A DNA stretch of 64,000 bases, from positions 9,982,001 to 10,046,000 of the forward strand of contig NC_135250.1 in the NCBI RefSeq assembly GCF_964204865.1. The letters run 5' to 3'. Origin of the DNA: Styela clava. Taxonomy: Eukaryota. Position 1 is the first letter of the stretch; every line of letters starts with the position of its first letter. The position numbers and the translations under genes are program-made. Shown here piece after piece: positions 57,701 through 64,000 of the stretch. Under the pieces are notes generated by a model. The model saw nothing but the letters and a program-made list of their open reading frames with translations, made no database searches and was not told the origin of the DNA.

Positions 57701-60700
57701 AAACCAATGCTGCTTAAAAATAAATTACTAAAATCAATCAAATAATTTACCAAAGAGTTCAAAAATTTGGAATGCAAATGGAAAAAATAAGTTGTCTAAG
57801 GTTACATACGAAACCCCTTCTTAGATTGATATTGGTATTTTCGATAATACCATAAGGTTAGTAAGCCTATTACATTACATTTTATATCTGCTCCACGTAA
57901 GCTTCAGCTTCGATAACTCAGCTGGCAAAATAGCCGCGCCCGCCAAATTTTGCTATTTGATATGCCACAATAAACGCCAGCATCGCGAAATCTGGCAAGA
58001 CCGTAATAATTTGATTGCCTTGTGGACATCACAAAAAGATATGGGAGGGTTCCACAGTGGACAGGGGCACTTAGTGTATCTCACCATGTGAAGGTCAAGG
58101 TCTACATCCAATTTAAAATGTAGACCGAAAAAAAGTTTGCGTAGCCCGAGAGATGGAATTCAGTAAAAAATATATTAATATTTTTTTTACTTAATTGTTA
58201 AAAATACAGAATTCTTCAAAAATGCGCACTTCAAAGGTAGGAAGGACGCCTCGTGCACTTACGATAAAAACGTTTAAAATACGAACGTAAATGCGGACGT
58301 AATTCATACGATTGTACTAGTGTATTTTGGTCACTTGCGCGTAAAAGGCGCATACCAACGTTGCAAAAAGCAAACCGCTATGACCGCGATGGCTCGTAGA
58401 TTAATCAACGGCAAGCAAACACGATTTCGAGCGGCGACGTGGATGGGTCAGACGACTTCGTGCTCTCGCCCAAGTCCAAGAGAAAAAAGAGAGAAAGATA
58501 CTATGCGCGGCCGCTGGTCGATTCCGGCAGACCATCGCCGTACGTGACAGAAGTGTATTATGACACCAACCCGAGAAACGAAAACCCCATCGCTGTCCGC
58601 CTGATCGAAGCAAAGGACGAAACCGGCGCATGGCTGTTTTAAGTATGCGCGTGCACATACACAGTCTCAGTTAATACCGTCCAATATCATATGCATATTC
58701 AATTTCCTGTCAGTCCACGGGAAACGCGAATAGCGTATAAAGGAGTTAGTACTGAGACGAAATTGTTATAATTCATTGTTATTTTTCATAACTCGAGGGG
58801 CATCAAATATGAAATGAAACAACGACGAAACGGGGTCTTATTTTAAAACAGCTATGAAAGATCTCTAATAATAAATTTTTATATTATACCATTTATTCAT
58901 TTTGGGATGAAACGCAGACTGAAACCGTAAAAATTTCTCTCAAATATATTATCAACTCAGAAAGAGTTTGCTCGTGACATAAACTATATACAAGCAGGTT
59001 TAAATATCACAATTCGCAGTAATGTTTACTAGACAGGCCTGTATTCTGATGGAGTTTTAAAATACTTCTCTACAAGATATAGTTGATATTTAACAACATG
59101 TTAAATTCTGTTAATCACATTCAACTATTCAAAGACGATCGACCAATTTATTGATATAATTGTTTATTCACCAGCACATTATAACAATCCTACAATGTCT
59201 ATAATAGACACAGTAGAATGAAGATTTCCGATTATGGATTTCGCTACTCATCAATGCATCCTTTTACTTGAATATTACATAAATTGTAAATATTACAGAC
59301 CTTATAAATATGATTTTGAATATTATTTGAATTTAGCTCGCTGTCTTAGCCATAAATACCTACAATACCATTTCATTTTTGTCGCCTATAGCCTTTAATA
59401 ACCATTTTGAAGTTTTTATGAAGCTGTCATAAGGTTTGCAGAGTAACATATGCGAAGCGGACGAAAATTCAGTCTGGGGCCGCAGTACTGATTAGTAACA
59501 TGTTTTGCAGACATCAACATCATATGAAGTGGCCAATTGTATAATGAACATAGCCTGCTTGTAACAGCAAGGGAATATTTTAATGTAGTTGGTAAAGCAA
59601 ATTTCATGAAATCCTATTCAGCATAAGAAACAATTTGACCATTTAAAATTGACTGAGAAGAAAAAATATTTAGTGGAAACCGCCACACATATTTACTACT
59701 AAAGTGCACAAGCGAAATCGTAAATGTTTTCGATGTAGCTTAGCTAAATCATTCTATTTTAAAATTCACCGGTGAATTTCAACTATTTGTATTTTTGACA
59801 AGTACGTTTACCAATAGGTCTTCTAACCATGAATTAACATTGCTTTGTTGCTAGTACCTTGCGGATATCCTTCAATTTTAGGATTAGGTGTTGTAGGTGA
59901 ATATGAAGATATGTTCCGGTCGGTTCGGATCGACGGTGTTAAAGAGCCATTTTGCATTCTTGATTTAACAGGTTCAGAGCCATTGGACAGGGCCTACAAA
60001 CACAAAATTGAGTAAAAACCAGTCCACTCGTAAATAGCGGGAAATAAACATATATAACGACGCTAAATTTTGTTACCTGAATGGAATTTAACACAAAATA
60101 TGTAACGCAAAATGCATGAAGCTAAAGTGAAATTCTTCAAATTGTTGGGAAGAAAACCTCATTCTGTTGGCCGCCTCGATGTATAGAGTTCGGGCTTGCA
60201 TTTATATTCGAATAGGCAAATATGTAACCAAACTATACTTACTGCGTTTGGCTCGTATTCGTGTGCAGTTTCTCCGAAATTTGCGTTTTGGTTTATATCA
60301 GTGGGTGATCCACCTTTTTGCAATAGGATAGCATTCTCAGGTCTTGCGCGAATGGCGTTTGGATTCGTATCGCCCCCGTCACATCTGATGTTAGCAAATC
60401 GAGTTTCATTACTGGGACGCGGTTGACAGAAGGTTTGTTTATGCTGAATGGTAAAAAAAATTTTGTCAGTCACAAAAGAATAGTAAAACAATGCACATGA
60501 ATCGGTCCTCAGTCTAATTGAAACTTCTGAGTTTGTGCCAGAGAAGAAAGCAACCAACTACTCGAGTTGTGATCCTAGCTAGAGGCAGGACTTCGAGTAA
60601 GCATTCCCTTATGCATAGATACTTCAGAACTTTGGGACAAGAGCTTCTCAGATTTTGGCACCCGTTTTCGCTAATTCACCTGAAATCAAGATCACTACGG

Positions 60701-63299
60701 CGTATTCAGCGACGAACAGCAGAACATGTGGTTAATTACATATGAATATTTCCATTACATCGCAATTGCATTTAAAACTGGTTACAATAGACAAATAAAT
60801 ATCTAGATCATGTGTAGTTCGTGCATTAACTTTAAACAGACAAAACCGCGTTGCGGACAACTAGCCGCAGTGGACTTTAAACTTTGACATGACAACTTTG
60901 ACCTCATACATGCTAAAAAACGGTCCAATCTACTATCAGTGGCTGTAGCTAGCCAAACTAAGGGATGTGGTGAACGTGCTTACAAACCGGCTAGCGATTT
61001 GTATTTTATAGGTTTAAATACTAGAAATTCATGCCGTGGTTTAGGAACAACGATCTAAATATAACATTTCCCATTATTAGAAATCATATACCTGAATGAA
61101 GCCAAGTATATTAGACAAAAGAAAAACTTTTCCACAGCTACCACATGTTAAAAGATCTTCTCCTTGTTGAACCTGGTCAAAATCGCCAGGCGTGTTTTGA
61201 AGCAGGGAGTCGCTTGCGGTTTCGTCAACATCATTTGCCTCTAATCCAGGAGATAGCTGAACTCCATCATCTAAATACAAAAGTACAATATGAAATTGTA
61301 TCAAAAGCGATAATATGAATACCAATACCACCCAGAGTAAATTTGTACATTGCTGGTTTAAGAAGTTGTCTCCATATAGCCTTCATGAGCTGCCCTAATT
61401 GGGTGAAAAGGAGAATAATTTTGAGGTGCTGGGGTGCTTGCGTTTTCATATAATGTTATATTTCTTTTTGCAGTGGGTACGAAACAACACTCCGGAATGG
61501 CAGTATGGAATTGTCCCATACTGCTCGCTATGTTATTAAATGTGTTGATCTTGGATTCTTCGCATATCAGATACGTCGCATTTCTGTCCGATTAATCCGA
61601 ATATTCAATGCGTACACGAACGGCAAAGCTACATTGTTACAATAGCTTGTCTCCGTTACGGCGTATTCGGAATATTTCAGTGATGGTAAAACTATCAAAC
61701 TGGCGAACGCAATACTTTTTCTGAATGTAATTTTAAACATTGGCAAAAAGGTATCGATATGGTAGCCGACAACGATCACATATTACGTCGCGTTGGTTGA
61801 GACATTTCGATTTTGATTAATATGATTTTATTATTTAAACATTCAAATTGAAGATGTAATTTGATCTCGACGGTTTAATACCGTTGGAACAAAGTCAACG
61901 TGAATTTAAAATTAGCCGCCGTATTTGAAAAAAGAACAACGCGAGATATATGTGTCACCATCAAAAAAATCACTAAATGTTAATTAATGTATTCAATAAA
62001 TTCATATGTGATGTTATCAATAAATCCTCCTTCAAGGTGGGCAAAACTTGGCATTTTTTCGCTTTTCTGAGATCCGTACAAGATGGTTTGTGTTAATTCG
62101 AGTCCAATCCTTTACAAGCATGCGTGGACAGCGTTATAGTGTGTCCACTGTCCATAGTCTTTTCGCAATTTATCACGCTTATCAAATGATAATTTTTTTA
62201 GTTTGCAAACTAGCTAATGACACCCTGAACATAACCTCTAAAAAATTCGTGCCAGTCTTTATACATTTTAATACAGAATGGTTTGAAGAGATCTAATCTG
62301 TCTGTTTGTCTTCCAGAACGAACAAAACTATAAACAAAGTTCAAAAGCAAATTGTCTAGTATATTAAACAATCATCAGACCCAGTAATCACATTGTGGCA
62401 AAAAATGAGATCATACGAGCCTCTGGCTTTATTTCGTTTTAATACGTCAGTACTGTTACGCTCAAAATCTTTAATTTTTTCAAGATTTACGCAAGAAGAT
62501 TTGATTGTTTCACTTCACGAGTCGATTGCAGATATTATGTGAATAGATATTAAACGTACATGACTAACGCCATACCAGAAAAGCAGACGTTTTATATCGA
62601 CTGCTCAATTAATTGAATCGAAGTATTGTCATTGTCTACTTTAAGGAAATTGTTATGTAACTGATGATTTAGTAATTGAAAGCACTGCCGGTGTGGCTTG
62701 TGACATACGATATCCTGAAGTTTTGTCTGTCTGGCCTACCCAACGTCCATTTACTCAAGTTTTGTTTTGACGATATCGGCGTTTAAGAAAATGGCAGAAA
62801 ATTCTGTAAGATCTTTAAAATATTTTGCTGAGCTTTTCCACCCTGTTTCAACTGGTTTGAGGGTTCAATAAAATACATGTTGTACAGATCGACGTTTCCC
62901 CCCCAACAGTCTTAATGGTAATGCTTACAAATAAACAACAAAAGAGACGTTTTACGCAGACGTAATAAGATCCATTTATTCAAGGTTATACGAGTTGAAT
63001 TTTATATACAGAACAATATAGCGACCTATTTCCAATTCACGAGCGATGTAAATTACGCACGCGTAAACTCACGCCAAGCAACGTTAAACTTCTAAAGATA
63101 GGCGTAAACTTTTTTTCTTGGTTTTGAACTTCGGAACAATGCTCGAAACTCTGAGAACGAGTCAATTTAGTTTTATCAAACTTACGAGTATATTATGTTC
63201 GCGACACAGTCTAAAATCTTGCGTTCAAACCGCATGACACTACTTTAACCAGGTGTTATAACTTGAAATACATAGTAGATGCTTACCTATCAATGGCAT
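51709..63299 (-). CDS. BCL11: BCL11A/BCL11B (CTIP) C2H2 zinc-finger transcription factor, ~1270 aa; exons 63287-63299 (tentative), 61092-61270, 60243-60443, 59858(or 59828)-59993, 54334-56583, 53369-53838, 51709-52260
   Basis: ZF0 [22 protein letters not shown]|HKQTFC, ZF1 [24 protein letters not shown] and ZF2-like [21 protein letters not shown]. The C-terminal triplet DTCQYCGK|[68 protein letters not shown] is nearly identical to BCL11 ZF4-6. Splice phases are consistent. The first exon is uncertain. Confidence 0.93.
56776..56978. mobile_element. Degenerate hAT-type MITE in a BCL11 intron
   Basis: caatggttaacaacc..ggtccacccaggggttcac ... aaaatttgggaaccagtg resembles CAGTGGTTCCCAA-type termini. 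Confidence 0.45.
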
Positions 63300-64000
63300 G
63301 TTCACAACGCTTCACGAAAAAAAATAAGAATGGTTAAATTACACATAGCACTCCGTGATTTAAAGTAAATCGTGCTAGCAACATTAAATCTACAAGCTGA
63401 TCTAAATAGCTTTATAACGTAAGCCTAAATAATCGTGCGTCAGAATATAATCGTCCGGGTAATGCGATCGGCTTTATTTATTTATAGTATGAGTCTTTGT
63501 CTACGTCACAAATTAAATTGCGAGACTTGCATCCAAAAAAAATAATTTCTTGCGGCAAGTACCTCATTCCATTTTGACTTCACCTATTTCCAAATCTATT
63601 TATGATTGAGTTGAATATACAATACCATAAGCGAGCTTCATTTTTTTGGCACTGAACCGGAACTGAAACAGCAAATACGTATCCAAATACCTTAGCTTAC
63701 TAAATAACTCATATGGCCCATGGCTGCTTAGGCGATCGGCTTTAGCATACCGTACTTATGCCCTACCTACCCTGTCCATGGTGTGACGCAAAAATATAAA
63801 TCATCCTGGAATAAGACATGGTACTATCTTCCATCGAAATTGGTGACATGTTTTTAATCAGGTATCGACTTTTAGGACTTAAAACAAGCTAAAAAAAATG
63901 CATAAGACGTATATAACATTTGACCGAGGATAACAAAAGTGAAACAAGCTTTGGCAAAAACTTCTGATTTGCACCATGTAATATGAAAGAATAGTAGGAC

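Noticed and set aside
58091-58103. AGGTCA-AGGTC direct repeat (COUP-TF-type site) in a BCL11/CTIP intron
   Set aside because: A single short motif is expected by chance in 64 kb, and there is no conservation evidence.
63186-63235. ATG-initiated mini-exon [16 protein letters not shown] with a GTAAG donor as BCL11 exon 1
   Set aside because: It ends in phase 2, incompatible with the phase-1 acceptor at 61270.

Overview
AT-rich, intron-containing eukaryotic (animal) DNA. The gene content and style suggest an invertebrate chordate such as an ascidian, but that is an inference. I reconstructed four spliced genes by hand from GT-AG sites and reading-frame phase. (1) The 3' part of a divergent PP2A B56/PPP2R5 regulatory subunit (+, <1-2631). 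(2) A complete 14-exon GH20 beta-hexosaminidase (HEXA/HEXB family; -, 7910-15811, ~549 aa). (3) An 8-coding-exon alpha-2-adrenergic-like GPCR (+, 18777-45670, ~525 aa). (4) A BCL11A/B (CTIP) zinc-finger transcription factor (-, 51709 to at least 61270, probable first coding exon at 63287-63299). The most striking structure is a ~4.3-kb tandem duplication (693-4988 / 4989-9262, 3-bp TGG junction microhomology). It copies the tail-to-tail junction of the two convergent genes, so both PP2A-B56 and the hexosaminidase now have a second, splice-competent set of terminal exons. An inverted pair of tRNA-derived SINEs flanks the B56 substrate-pocket exon, and the duplication adds a third, competing copy. 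Introns hold several hAT-type MITEs with 8-bp TSDs, a GG-terminated long-TIR MITE family carrying YY1-like and TTAGGG motifs, a LINE RT remnant and small tandem repeats. No prokaryotic systems, CRISPR arrays or rRNA are evident.
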